Positions 21,701-33,452 of a stretch of 64,000 bases of DNA are shown one piece after another (position 1 is the first letter of the stretch; each line of letters begins with the position of its first letter). The DNA is from Klebsormidium nitens (taxonomy: Eukaryota; Plantae; Klebsormidiophyceae). The translations under genes were made by a program, and so were the position numbers. Location: the NCBI GenBank assembly GCA_000708835.1, contig DF237094.1, positions 1 to 64,000 of the forward strand, in the 5' to 3' direction. The notes under the pieces were generated by a model. That model did not search any database. It was not told where the DNA came from and saw nothing but the letters and a program-made list of their open reading frames with translations.

Positions 21701-24700
21701 GTGGGTACTAAAGAAGCTTCATGTTGCTGGTTCCGTAACTTCCCTAGAGCTTTTTCGTACAGTCGAGCAACATCTAGCTGGGGCAAAGGAAGGGCCTCGC
21801 AGTATTCAAGACGGTCCCGCCTATCAGATGCAATGCACGAAATCAAGTTGAGCAAGACGTTGTAATTGCAGAGAGCGACCCGCAGTCCGGTCCCAACCAG
21901 CCCCGGCACCAGCAGCTGCCATTTGTCAAAAAACCAGAAGTAACGAAGAAAGATGAAAGCAATCCTGGATTTCAAAAATGCGTTAAGCGTCCGCACCTGT
22001 CCGAGTAGTTCACTTTTGAGGGCAGGACGTTGTAGTTGTAAATGGCGACCCGCACTTCGGTGCCGTCCAGCCTTGGCACCAGCAGCTGCCACGTGTCCAG
22101 AGTTCAATACAAAGAAGGGAGATAAACGCAAATTAGATTCCTAAAGTTGCTAGAAAGCGTCCGCACCTGTCCGAGCAGTTCGTGCTTGAGCAGGACGTTG
22201 TAGTTGTAGATAGCGACCCGCAGTCCCGTCCCGTCCAGCCCCGGCACCAGCAGCTGCCACGTCTCCCCCCACCACGGACACTCCGCCGCCTTGCGGTCCT
22301 CGCACCGCGCGCTCTGGAACCACGCGCGCACCTGCGCGATTGCATCTTCTGGTGAGCGTACATCGTACTTCACAAAGTACTCACTGTTTGATAACCAGTA
22401 TAGATTACCGAGGGGCCCCTATGCTTGGGCGGCCAGCGCTCGTATCGATTTGCTGGAGATTTGTAAGTATCACGTCGAGCTGAAAGCACCGACTTGACTG
22501 ACAACGCTTGGACCTTGGTCTTCGCACTGCGTACTACGAGCCCCCGTCAGAATTTCCGGTTCCAAGCGGTGGTTTTCAGGGAGCTCAAGAAAGACGTCAT
22601 CAAAATACCACTTGCTTCAGAGCCTTACACGCACATCTGGGTTCCGCGGCTGTGTTGATCTTGCAATTGTCCCCCAAGAGGTAGCAGCACCTACGGCTTT
22701 CGCAGCAAAAGGAAGATCGTTACATTTTCCAAAAAGCTGGAAAGTAAATTCCAAACTTACGAGATACTCTAAGACCTCAAAGTCTGGCGCTGTGGCAACC
22801 TTATTCTCGTTGCCCGGTAACTTTAGCTGCGCATACAGCGTTCGCGGCCCCGGCAAGGTGAACAAACGGTTGGAATCTGCAGGGCTGTGAAGCAGGATTA
22901 CGAAATCCGGCGCTTGACGTACTCGGATATTCTTGACTTTGGAGCTGCGCTGACCTTATTATCGTCGCCCAATAGCTGTAGCAGCGCGTACGGCGTCCGC
23001 GGCCCTGGCAGATCGGCGGCTTCGAGCACCTGAACGCGGAGCAGCGCGGCCGGGCCGGAGCAACCGGGCTCACTGCTGCCGCCGCAGCCGCTACCGACCC
23101 GGGAGAAGGGGAACGCCTGCAGAGTTAAAGCAGGTTACGGTGTAAGGGATTTGGATTCGATGGTCTCAATTCCGTTTATCGATTGTGGGCTTGAAGTATC
23201 GTCCACCCACTTCCATCTGGAGGACGTCTGCAGGGTTCAAGAATTTCAGACCCTGTGAATTCGTAGGTTTACTTTTCGATGATTGAGAGGGGACTGCCGG
23301 CGAAGAGCCGAAGCCGCTTCCCCCCGTGAGGGACGAAAACGCCCGCAGCAACTTAAAGAGTTTCAGTCCTCAGACCCCTGGGCTTCCTAGGTTTGGGCTC
23401 TTCAGACATGAGATAATCAGAACGCCGAACTTGTCTGAACCGGCTTCAGCCGGTGCCCATGGAAATGCCTGCAAAATCTCGGGAATTAAAGCTTCAGCGT
23501 TTTTGGCGTTTGGAATTTGTGGCAGTGTATGGCCAATCAAACTCGCTGCTGCCACCCGCCCGAGAAAACGGAAACGCTTGCAGGATTGAATTTAGAGGCT
23601 TGTAGCTCTTATTTGCGATGGTCTCAACTCTCAGAGATCTGGGCCTAGCGTCGCCACAGGCGCTGGTTACACAGAAGAACGCAAAAGTCTGCCGGTTCAA
23701 ATGGTGGCTCGGTGAAGTGAGGATGTTACAGTTACGATGAAACTCTTCAGGACATGGGGCTTCCCCAAGCCGCCTTTGGCCGCTGCTACAAACTCAAATG
23801 AAGGGGAACGCCTTCAGGATACAAGGCTTTTAACCTTTTCAATTTCAAGTTTCCAAGTTTCACGTCAGGCTCTTCGAGCAAGAGATTGAAGGGGCTTGTC
23901 CGAAGAGGTTCCAACCGTTGTGGCGGGTTTAACAGCAAGCTGGTAAAGTTCTGATTGCAAGATGGCTCATGTATCTTGCAGAATCTGCACCAAAGTTGAC
24001 TACGAAGAATGCGGCCGCAGAGCCAATGCTCACCGCGTCTATAGCTGTGGGCGGCCCCAGCTCATCGTCCAAATCCTCGTCCGTAACGGACGTCCGAACA
24101 GGAGTGGGGGCCGCCTCCGGGTTGTACCACTGCTTCAGGGGGAACTCGATCTGCGGGACCGCGGACGAGGGTGTGAGCTAAGGAACGGAAACGTGCACAG
24201 CAGAGCGGAATGAGGAGCGGAAGGAGGAGCGGAATATACTGCTGCTTCGGGCGAGATTCGATATGCAGACCTTCGGAATCGACTATGAAATAGCGAATGA
24301 AAGTAAGCAAAGGGGAGCGGAACGAGAAGTCAACTGCACTTTGCAAAGTACAACGAATAACGACGAATTCATGGGGCAAACTTGCTTGGGATTGGAGCGG
24401 GACGCGCCAGCAAAGGCGCAGACGGGCCGTGCCACTCGAGAACAAAAACGCAACCGGCAGAGACCGTCAACAGTGATCTGGACCCTTAGGGGAATGGCTC
24501 GAGGCAGAGTGGAACATTCCAGCGGGACGAGCAAACGGACTGTGTTGCTTCTGCAGAGAAACTTGATGTACTGCGAAGAGTCTAAGGTGCGAAGCCCAAA
24601 GCAGCAAGCAAAGCAAGCGAGCAGCGAGCACTTTCGTCACTGTTACTAAAATGCTGGGGGCTGGAGCCAGTGGATTGACAGCGACGAGACTACATTAGCT

Positions 24701-27700
24701 GACCAAAGAAGCACGTTGTTCCGCGGTTCGTGGTAAAAGTGTCCCGTATGTGCCGGTTGCCAGCATATCGAGGAAGTTTTCATTTTTAGGGCGGCCCGAC
24801 CGTTCTCAAGCTGAGTGAAATGATAGCGTTCAGAAGTGGGTGCTACTCGAGGATCACTCACCGGGTTCTCGACGAGCCAACTGGAGACTGCCACGTCGAC
24901 CTGCTGCCGGAGCCACGTCTTGAGCAGCGGCACCTGGCTCAGGTCGAAGCGGCCCGCGAGGCCCTGCCAAAAAAGCAGCAGGGGCCGATTCAGTTCGTTT
25001 CGCGGGGCCAGAAGCCTTACGTATACAGGAGAGGCGTGTTCCACAGAAATACTAGATTTTCCGGCTTGGCTATATACCATACCGCGAAGTACCCGATGAA
25101 ACGCCAGGGGCGCGAGAGACGGATCGCAATGAAGACTAACAATTTACAATGTCGAAGTAGAATCGTTATTCAAGAAGTGATAAAATCACACCTCACCTTG
25201 ATGACTATCTGGTGGTCCGCTTGGCCAAGGAGCAGAGCGCGACGTGCACGGTGTAAGGCCAGGTGCGCATGAGGGAATTTTGCTTTTAACGATCGGCACT
25301 TGATGCCCTAAATTCTCGAACCCAGATCTTCTATGATACTAAGCCTCACCTTGATGACTAGTTGGTGGTCCGGTTTGTCCATGAAACGCAGCGCGACGTG
25401 TGCGGTGTAGGGCCAGGTGCGCGAGAGGCGGATCGTGATCGCAATGTCGCCCACTACCGACTTGAGCAGCAGCGCGAGCGGCACGCGCATGCCCATGCTC
25501 AGCTTCGCGCTCAGCGCGATCGCCAGGCCGTCCGTCTGCCGCGTCCGCACGTCCAGCTGCACGCGCGGTTACAATTAGGGTTTCGAGGTAATTATGGGTT
25601 TTCTGCATCTTCGAATTCTCTGAATTCTCAGGATTCAAAATGAGTCCGAGAACTCTCATTCTCAGGTAAGAGGAGAAGTCGAGCTGTTTTGGTCTCTGGT
25701 TTCATTACCAATTCTGCTGGGGGCCGTAGTCTCAGCCTGAAAAGAAGTAGAAGCGTCACTGTGTCGCCAGGCCGTTGGTCTGCTGCGACTAAAGAACTAG
25801 CTGCACGCACATTGTCCATCAACCTTCCCGTTGGGGCCGCAGTCTCAACAGAAGCATAAGCAGGATATAAGGAGCACATAAGGAGGATGAGTAGGATTAA
25901 TTGCAATCTTCAATATATCCTCACCCCCACGAGCGGCGTCGGAAAGCCACAAGAACCTTCAGCGGACCCGTGTACCTATGCAGAGCTACTTGAGTGCAAG
26001 CCTGGGATTTCACGGCGGGTCCAATCAAAAGGCTGTCGGAAAGACATAGTCCGGATCTGTACGAAACCGTGGTGTCACGAAGCTCACCTGGATGATGTTT
26101 GAGGGCAAGCCGGCGTGACGCTTGATGAGTTCGAAGCGGGGCTGTTGGCCCAGGTCGACTTCCTCGATCCTGCACATGCCGCGGCTGAAGCTGAGTAGAC
26201 TAATTCGTTACAAACACATCTCCTAGCCTTCTAGAATCTGCTATATCTTTTGGCGGAATGGGCGCCTTGATTATCAGAGACGAATTCAGAACGGCTGCTT
26301 AAACAGGGGGTGCAGTCTCTGAGCGCAGATCAAGGATTGGGCAATGAAAGCACGAGACAAAAGCTGGAATTCTCTGCGGCTAGTAGTCAGTGAGAGACTC
26401 GGATATTGCCGGATTAAACTAGGAGGGAAAGCAGGCAGGACGATGAGCAGGCTTCAGAAGAATCGTACCTGAAGTCTTGGATGAAGTCCGGTTTGTACCT
26501 GGTAGAAGAGCATGACGGATGTCAGCATTCGAGCACGAATACCTAAGTTGCTTGTCAAAACTCTCTCGTCAAAGCGAAACCCCCCGTTGAATACTCGCCT
26601 CAATGGTTGATGGTGGGTCTAGTGTGAAAGTAACGATTGGTTGAATTCCTTGACCGGGTTGCGCAAGGGGAGTTTGGCCACCTCTTCCCGATCGACCGCA
26701 CAGTTCCGTCGAGTCCTTCCTCAACAAGATCTCAAGTCCTCTCGAGTTCATGACCGTCAACTCAGAAGTTCGAGATACTGAAAAAGAAAGTCTTCGTGAC
26801 AAAGGTCCTTCTTTATAAGACGGTCAAACATTTCAGACCCGCGCTCACCAGTTTAGGCTTGTGGTCAGGGACTCGGTGACCCAGTTCGACCAGGCAGGGC
26901 GGTAAAAAGCCCAGACCTGCGTCCGAGGTCAAGGGCGACATCAGTAGGCCGGCATTACTTCCAGAGGTCGTCTTTCAGATCGCTCCAAACACCACCCTGA
27001 TCATCACCAACTTCATCAGCATCCTGTTGGCGATTTTCCAGTATCAAAACTCGGGTTTAACGGCTCTGCGACAAAGGGGCCCGCCTTTCTCAAGCTTTTC
27101 CCTGCGCTGTGCTGTTGTCGACGAGTGTTAAGACTGACAATGCATTCAGTCCGTGCCGCTTAGAAGCAGAGAATTTTTCTGCAAGTAGAAACCGGCACCT
27201 GTATTGAAGGAACCTCAAAGGTGGGGTGTACTGAGAAACGCTTCACGGAGGATCAATCTGCACTTGCGGAGTAATGAGTTTCACAGGTGCGAAAGGTGGT
27301 CACACATAATTAGGAACTCAGACATTCGTGATAATCGACGAAGATGCCTTCAAAATCCGTCGAGGCGATGTCACCTGTCCCAGCACTTGGCTCAGCCACT
27401 CGCACTCTTCAAAGTCGAGCGCAGTGGACGGGCCGTTGCGGGGTGCTCCCTGCAGACACGATCCCCAGGAGGTCAGAACATGGGATTAATGGAGCTTACG
27501 ACCTGGCGTCGACTCCCATCCTAATAGCAGCAAACACGGTTGATGAGTGTTTTGGTACTTGCCCTGAGTACCACCTCTCAACGAGCCTGCAAACCACTTG
27601 GTTTGGAGGAAGTCGCAACGGGCATTGTATCAAGAGATCCGGTCAGCCTTGAAGGGACGGTCTCCGTTCTTTATGAGACATTTGTTAAGCATTCAAACGG

Positions 27701-28527
27701 GTGATCTTGTGATAGAAGTTGCAGACCCGTTCACGTGCTCCCGTTCGACACTCACCTTTGGCAGCTTCCGCGGTCTCGGTGACGGGGGGAGCTCCTCCGG
27801 GCCCGACGAACTTTTGCGGCGTTGTTGATGCCACGCTAAGTACTGCGAACGAAAAGACGATGACCGGTTCGAGCATTCGATGGGGCTTGTTGACGACACA
27901 ACCGGCTCCAGAGTGAAAAGCGGCCTTGGCAACAGAAAGCCCCTAAATGACGTCATCTGACCGCTGACGTCAAGGTTGCAAACAGGGAGAAGGAATATTG
28001 CGGCCCTCAAGATTGAAGGTTGACAAAGACGAGCTTTGCGGGTACAACAGGGCCCAGCCACACTGGCAAGATAAGGTACCGACTGATTATTCCTCATGCC
28101 GCGGTTTACAGTGCTGTTCACACTAGGCATCAGAACGTTGCTTTCCTCACTTCGTGGGGCCTCTGACTAACTCTCTGGCTATCTTCAAGTGATTGGCAGG
28201 CTGACGATCCCGCGGTCAGTTTGTGGTTAGACTGTGACAACTTTGCGGAACAGTCTGTACTAGGACTACAGTGCATCTTCGAGACTGATCTCCCTTGCTG
28301 ATTAGTGTAGCGAAGCGGGGGCAGCTGACGCACCAGTAGGAGACATAGAAGGAGAACTGGGAGCTGCAGGCGACCGACGAGCCACCCGGCAAAGACAGCC
28401 ACAACTAGGGTCAGGTCCAAGGGCTTCCTGCAAATCAGCAGCACAAGAATTGACGAATCTACCGGCTTTGTCACCTCCCCAAATACATTGTCTTGATTTC
28501 CTTATAATCATTGCAATTGCACGCCAT
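18712..28527 (-). CDS. Synaptotagmin-like / extended-synaptotagmin-type protein: N-terminal TM, SMP lipid-transfer domain and two C2 domains (~638 aa, 17 exons)
   Basis: Exons (high to low) 28527-28475 (tentative, 47-nt intron), 28427-28334, 27842-27756, 27449-27375, 26916-26849, 26498-26469, 26190-26088, 25556-25350, 24963-24862, 24150-24034, 23116-22955, 22331-22167, 21553-21380, 20766-20656, 20075-19971, 19539-19440, 18875-18712; phases are consistent. SMP hallmarks: DFEECEWLSQVLGQVWAFY..YKPDFIQDF..DLG..P and FDLSQVPLLKTWL. C2 hallmarks: LRVQVLEAADL..PYALLQL, PWWGETWQLLV..HELLGQ and PDSYCRV..TSKLVK..PVFHE. Confidence 0.88.
20783..20864 (+). repeat. Interstitial telomere-type (TTTAGGG)n array, about 11 partly degenerate units, inside an intron
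   Basis: GGGTTTAGGGGTTAGGATATAGGGTTTCGGGTTTGGGTTTAGGGTTTAGGGTTTAGGGTTCAGGGTTTAGGGTTTAGGGTTT; it ends about 15 nt upstream of the minus-strand acceptor at 20768/20767. Confidence 0.9.
21190..21265 (-). repeat. Decayed copy of the end and donor of exon 21380-21553
   Basis: Sense AGCTGCTGTTCGATTAGACGCTCCGGGG..CCCCCCGAG/GTCAGCGCGAACGAC versus the true AGCTGCTGGGTCGGCTAGACGCCCCGGGC..CCCCCCGAG/GTTAGTGCCAACGAC. Confidence 0.8.
21855..22100 (-). repeat. Two decayed copies of the 3' half of C2 exon 22167-22331
   Basis: The copies translate as WQLLVPGLVGTGLRVALCNYNVLL and a frameshifted ..SELLGQ/GTGCGGACG, versus the true WQLLVPGLDGTGLRVAIYNYNVLLKHELLGQ/GTGCGGACG. Confidence 0.88.
22800..22865 (-). 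repeat. Decayed copy of the end and donor of exon 22955-23116
   Basis: LPGPRTLYAQLKLPGNENK/GT versus the true LPGPRTPYALLQLLGDDNK/GT. Confidence 0.8.
23290..23590 (-). repeat. Two to three decayed copies of the acceptor and start of exon 22955-23116
   Basis: AFPFSRAGGS (about 23545-23590), TTTTGCAG/AFPWAPAEAGS (about 23440-23475) and a weaker AFSSLTGGSGFG (about 23300-23345), versus the true CTCTGCAG/AFPFSRVGSGCGGSS. Confidence 0.7.
25185..25275 (-). repeat. Decayed copy of the end and donor of SMP exon 25350-25556
   Basis: The copy reads RTWPYTVHVAL..GGACCACCAGATAGTCATCAAG/GTGAGG, 1 nt shorter than the true RTWPYTAHVALRFMDKPDHQLVIK/GTGAGG. Confidence 0.85.
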
Positions 28528-30190
28528 CTTTTTTCAAACTCCGCTCTGAGATAACCTCATATCGATCATTGGGTGGGTATGTCAAAAAGTGTGTGCGACG
28601 GCTGGATGCCACCACGATTGAAGCGATATTGGGCCAGGCTCGGGCCAACCTCTTTCTGCTGTATGGCAAGAAAGCAACTGAGCAAAAACAGAAGTGAGCA
28701 GGCAATTCTTTTGCTAGAGCTGTACTTCCTCAAAATCCAAATTAAAGACGGGAGTTTTGTGTCACGGCTGCGGACTCGAGCATAGGTTGTGCCATGCATA
28801 GCTGCCTGACCCACAGCAGAACAACGGAACCAGACAATCTTATCACGCTGGTCTCTGATTCCAAAACTTAGTCCCGGAACGACAGCTAAGCATACAGTAA
28901 CTTCTTAAACTGCAGTAGCTGACTTGTGTGTAAGATTGATAGGCTCAGCCCCAACTCAGAAAGCATACCTGTCATTTGACGTGTGATGCCAAAGCACGAG
29001 CACATTCTCAGCAAGAAAGGCTGACTCAGTGCTACTTAAGAAGTGTCAATCTCTGCAGAATTGCAACAGCATTGCGCAAGCATAGCACTTACTTCTTGGC
29101 TATTGTCGACGACACGGATGGTATTGAAAACTCTTTCTGTTCCAGACCCACGCCCCCCTCCAATCTGATTCCAGCAACATCCTCGGATCTGTCTCTCCCC
29201 TCACCATTGGTGCCTCCTTTGCCTGGCTCCATAGATGTATAGGTGCCTGCTTATAGGCGGTGTCTTAAAGAGGCCATGTGGCTTATTTTACCAAGTGCAT
29301 GTACATCTCTAGTAAATCAATTTGTCTGAAATACGTTTCTATGTTCAAAACCTGGCCTTCTGCCTCATGCACACGTTGGGTCACAATGCATCGGTTGCGA
29401 ACAAGTTGCGATTTGAAGCTGCTTTGCATTCTGACAATCAATATACTTATGGAGATTCTGGATTCACATCAGCCAATCTCAATCCAATTCGCCTTGTCTT
29501 TCCTTCCTTGAATATCATTTTCCTGAAGACAGACAGCCCTTCCAAATGGGCAAACTGCTCTTCCATGACCCGGATTGCTGCCGTCCACAACTGCACCGCC
29601 CTCTAAACCCTAATGCAGGAATGCACGGCTTCATTTGGCGCTGGTGAAGTCGACTCTTAACTTGCGCGGCGCGCGCGCGCAAGTAGACTTTATTGATGAG
29701 TCACGCGGGTTCAGTCGCGGCCGCATGCCGGACGGCCCGCGCGCGGCCGTTGCTGCGGCAGCATCCAGTCACTGACACTGATGTCAACACACCAAGCGCC
29801 CGAATTATCGTTCTTCAGTGCATGCTTCTTCTTCATGCAGCTGACAATGACTTCTTTAAAAGACGACGCTCGTACTATTTGTCGAAGCGCATGTTGAATG
29901 CCGAGGTTTCTCAGCAGAGACACACAGACAGCATCAGCGAGTTCGTCCGCATGCACAAGGGAGGAACTTAGGAAGGTGGAAGGAGATCCTCCCGCGGAAC
30001 AGAAGTGGTGACGCCTATCTAGACACTTTGTACGTGAAAGGAGCCGATACACCCCCCGACACACCCCAGATTGCTGCTGTCATACGTTTTCCTTTTGAAA
30101 GCATGCGCACTTCTTTGATGAGGAGGGAGCGGCCTGGCAGATGCTTTACTAGAGGAGCCAAGCAGATCAATCATCAGTTTTGAGTCTTAC

Positions 30191-31809
30191 ATGGAAAAAC
30201 AGAGAGCTGAACACGCAGGCGTTCAGTCTGTCTTCATGGAAGGGCTGGTCAACGACTATGCCTCGAAGCTCTCCTCTTACGACAAAAGCGTCGTGTTTAA
30301 CGCCTGTGGGAGCATGAATGTGCGAAGGGTTGAAGCTCACAATGATGGGGACCCTTCTTCCAGGCTCAGATATTCCAGGCTGCTTCAAGAGCTTCTGGCT
30401 TACAAGCGTGGCGCCCTGGTTCAGAGGCACTTGGACCGGGTTCTTCGACTCAACACTCCAAGGAGGTCCCTTCAAAGTCACCATTCTGTGGAATTTGATT
30501 CAGTCCTAGCGCTGTCAATTCTGACTGAAAGTCAAGCAGTGGCCAGCTTTTGTTTGAGTGGCTCTGAGACAAATGATCGCGCGCTCGCTCGGGCACTTTT
30601 GGAGGCTCTCCGTCGAACTATGATGATGCTTTCTGCTTCAAAAAGCCGCAAGTCAGATTACATTGTCTGGATCACATGGACATATACCAGCATACGAGGT
30701 CTCGTCAATCTTGCGCGCCTTTCGAGACACTTTCGGGCGGGCTTGCAGGAGTCTGGAAAGCATCTTTTCCAAGCAATTGAACACCTTGTGTCAGAGGAAT
30801 TTGAAAAGACTCTTCCTCGAGACAGCGTTGCAGAGCCTGTACCGGTAGTCAATCGTCTAATTTACACGTTCATCCTGTTCGAGGACAGCCAGCAGTGGGC
30901 CATCGATCAGGGGCTGATAAAGATTCAGCTGGGACTCACCAGGAAAATAATGCGACACATGAATCGTGTTCGGTATGAACGCTATGACCTAACAAGGCAT
31001 CTAGCACGGATGAGTCCCGAGGAAAGACTGGCAATATTGGAGGCCACAGAGCAAGAGCTGCTTGACTTCGATACAAAACTGAGACATCCAGAGAGCTCTG
31101 CAAGCGCTACCGAAACGCGAAGCAAGTATCTAGAATGGTGCAAAGCGCGTATTGAAATTGAGGCAGCCGTCAGACCGCTGCATAACGTCTCAGTAGGTCG
31201 AGCAGACTCTACTTCCCGCAGCCTTGACCTTGAGAAACCCTCAAAATCTGTCAAGTCCTTGGCTGCTTGGGCAAGCGGGCGAACAGAGACGCCAATTGTG
31301 TGCTCGTGGGAGCTATGCGAGGAGGGGTCGGTAGTCGACGCGGGAAGAATGTTCAGCAAGTGCTCCAAGTGCTCACTCGCGTACTACTGCAGGTAAGCAA
31401 ACACTGCATCGGAGTGGATCAGATATGAGACAGATATGCATGGTTGGGGAAAGGGAGATGGATCGGCAGAAGACCTTCCCCAGGCCTGTTTGATTTGTTC
31501 CGTTCTGCCTTAGGAATGATATTATACTGCGCAACTCATCGGGGATCTTACATTGCATCGAAAAGCTGGGACCATTTTATGTGAGACGTCTTGTCTGTCC
31601 CAGCTAATCCGTTGAGTCTGTGCCCCGTAAAGTACTTCGAGCCATGGTTCCGCGAAGGGTCTTGATCTTGCCCTCGACGATTCTCTGTGGTAAATCATCG
31701 CCAACTTATGACTTCAACACTTCGTTTCTTTTGGTGCAGCAAGGAGCATCAGAAATTGCACTGGCCAAGTCACAAGAAGCAATGCAACCAGCCTGATCCG
31801 AAGATATGA
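30191..31809 (+). CDS. Helical protein with a C-terminal MYND-type zinc finger (5' end uncertain)
   Basis: Exons 30191-31392 and 31740-31809 join at phase 2 to give CSWELC..CSKCSLAYYCSKEHQKLHWPSHKKQC, the zf-MYND pattern. The frame is open about 24 codons upstream of 30191, so an extra upstream exon is possible. Confidence 0.85.
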
Positions 31810-31935
31810 TTAACTGGTCTCATCTATCTGTCGGCGGCTTAAAGATAGGTCAGGACTTAGGCCAGGATATATTACGAGGTCGAGCTAGAGCATCTTTTGC
31901 AATCTAGAGTAGTGCCATCCTATGCAGATTCGGAT

Positions 31936-32634
31936 ATGCCATCTGGGTATGTAAGTACGTTGAATGGAGTTACGCCGGGAATAGATTGCGTATGCCTTAT
32001 ACTACCAATACTGCCACTTTCTCCATGATTTGGAGTCGTCAGTTTGCCAACAAAGTGGGTTTGTAAGCGAAAGAGGAACTCTAGCATGAGGGTGACTTCT
32101 AACAGTACTGAAGGCCCGGCAGCCTCAGGTCCTTCACTGATGGTCCGCAAATGCACAAACGATCATACGTAATACAGATTGCGGCTTCTGCACTAATCCA
32201 CCTTTGAGTTGAGCAGATTTGACAGGACGGTCGTGCCTCTTTATTCCGACAGAGCTGGGCGCTGGCCTGGATTGAACCACGGCTTGTACATCAAGCATGA
32301 CAGCTTCGACTCGTAGAGTATGATCAGAATCTGCTTATGCAGTCTCGCCATACGGAGTGAGCATGATGTTGAAAATATATACGTAACAAACTTGACACGT
32401 CGTTATAAGTATCAAGGAACTTCGGAAACGAGGCGGCTCCCCTTCATCCTTTTGGACGACACTTCGGCTGATAGATGCCGTCACATTGATGAAGACAATT
32501 TCCATGTATGCGCCAGGTTTGAGAAGGTTCCATGGACGCGTCACCCACCGTTCCCATTGTCGATGCAGGCGAGTCGCGCGGTCCAAGCTTTAGTTCAAAG
32601 ATTAAAGGACGCGTACTTGGCTGTCAATGCATGA
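31936..32634 (+). CDS. Possible small two-exon gene (~100 aa), unknown function
   Basis: ATGCCATCTGG/GTATGT (31936-31946) fits in phase with CTTATGCAG/T at 32343, giving MPSGLAIRSEHDVENIYVTNLTRRYKYQG..AYLAVNA*. No family recognised. Confidence 0.25.
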
Positions 32635-33452
32635 TCGAAGGCCGGACGCCATTCAGGCAATGCGCCCAAGGAACGCGGCCAGCTCCTGATCTTGGTCCGA
32701 TTGCCGGACGCCTTATCGTTTAACACCTTATTAATTTGTAGTTCCTGAACAGGTACTAGAGAGCCGCTTCTGACAATAGTCATTGACTTCTTTGTGTTTC
32801 TGGAATCGTTCCCGGCAGTTCAGATCGAAGAGTGGATAGGGCGCAGATCAAGAAACAGCAAACTGATATGCTTTCCTCGGTGACTTCAGTTTGAAATTCT
32901 GTCAAAAGGCTTTCAAGCGATAATTCGATCCACGAGCTTTGTAGCAACGCTTTGATGGAGCGAGCCGAGGTAAAATTGAGGTCATGTCTTCCCAAAAGAT
33001 CGGAAAAGATGGATCTGAGCTTCTATATTGGGTTGAGCACTGATTGATTGATCGACAAGGTAACAAGAGATTATGATTGGCCCACGATCATATCATTCCG
33101 GCTCAGTGACAAGTACGTCAGACACAATGATTGATCTTGTCAATCTGACAACATTGACAGCCTGAAAGAAGGACCCGGGAGGCGTGGATGGAAGGGGTTC
33201 CCCATCGAAGTCAGTTGGTCACGCCGCTTCTTGACGTGACTGGTTGAGCGTGTTCGTAGCCACTGGACTAATGTGCGATCAAGCTCCAATACGGTGCTGC
33301 GAGGTCCACACCAGCCGTGAAACTGAATGTCATTCTTGAGGATGTTAGATAATATTTTTTCACCCTTTCGCATAGCAAAACATTCCTCGGAGTTGGAACC
33401 TTCCAACAGCAGAGCGGCGAAAGCGAGCCACCAACTTTCGGCACTTCCAGCC

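Noticed and set aside
29659-29689. Small GC hairpin ACTTGCGCG..CGCGCAAGT between the divergent SMP-C2 and MYND genes
   Set aside because: The short stem is dominated by a (GC)n run, and similar runs occur at about 3745 and 15400. It may be promoter sequence but cannot be supported.
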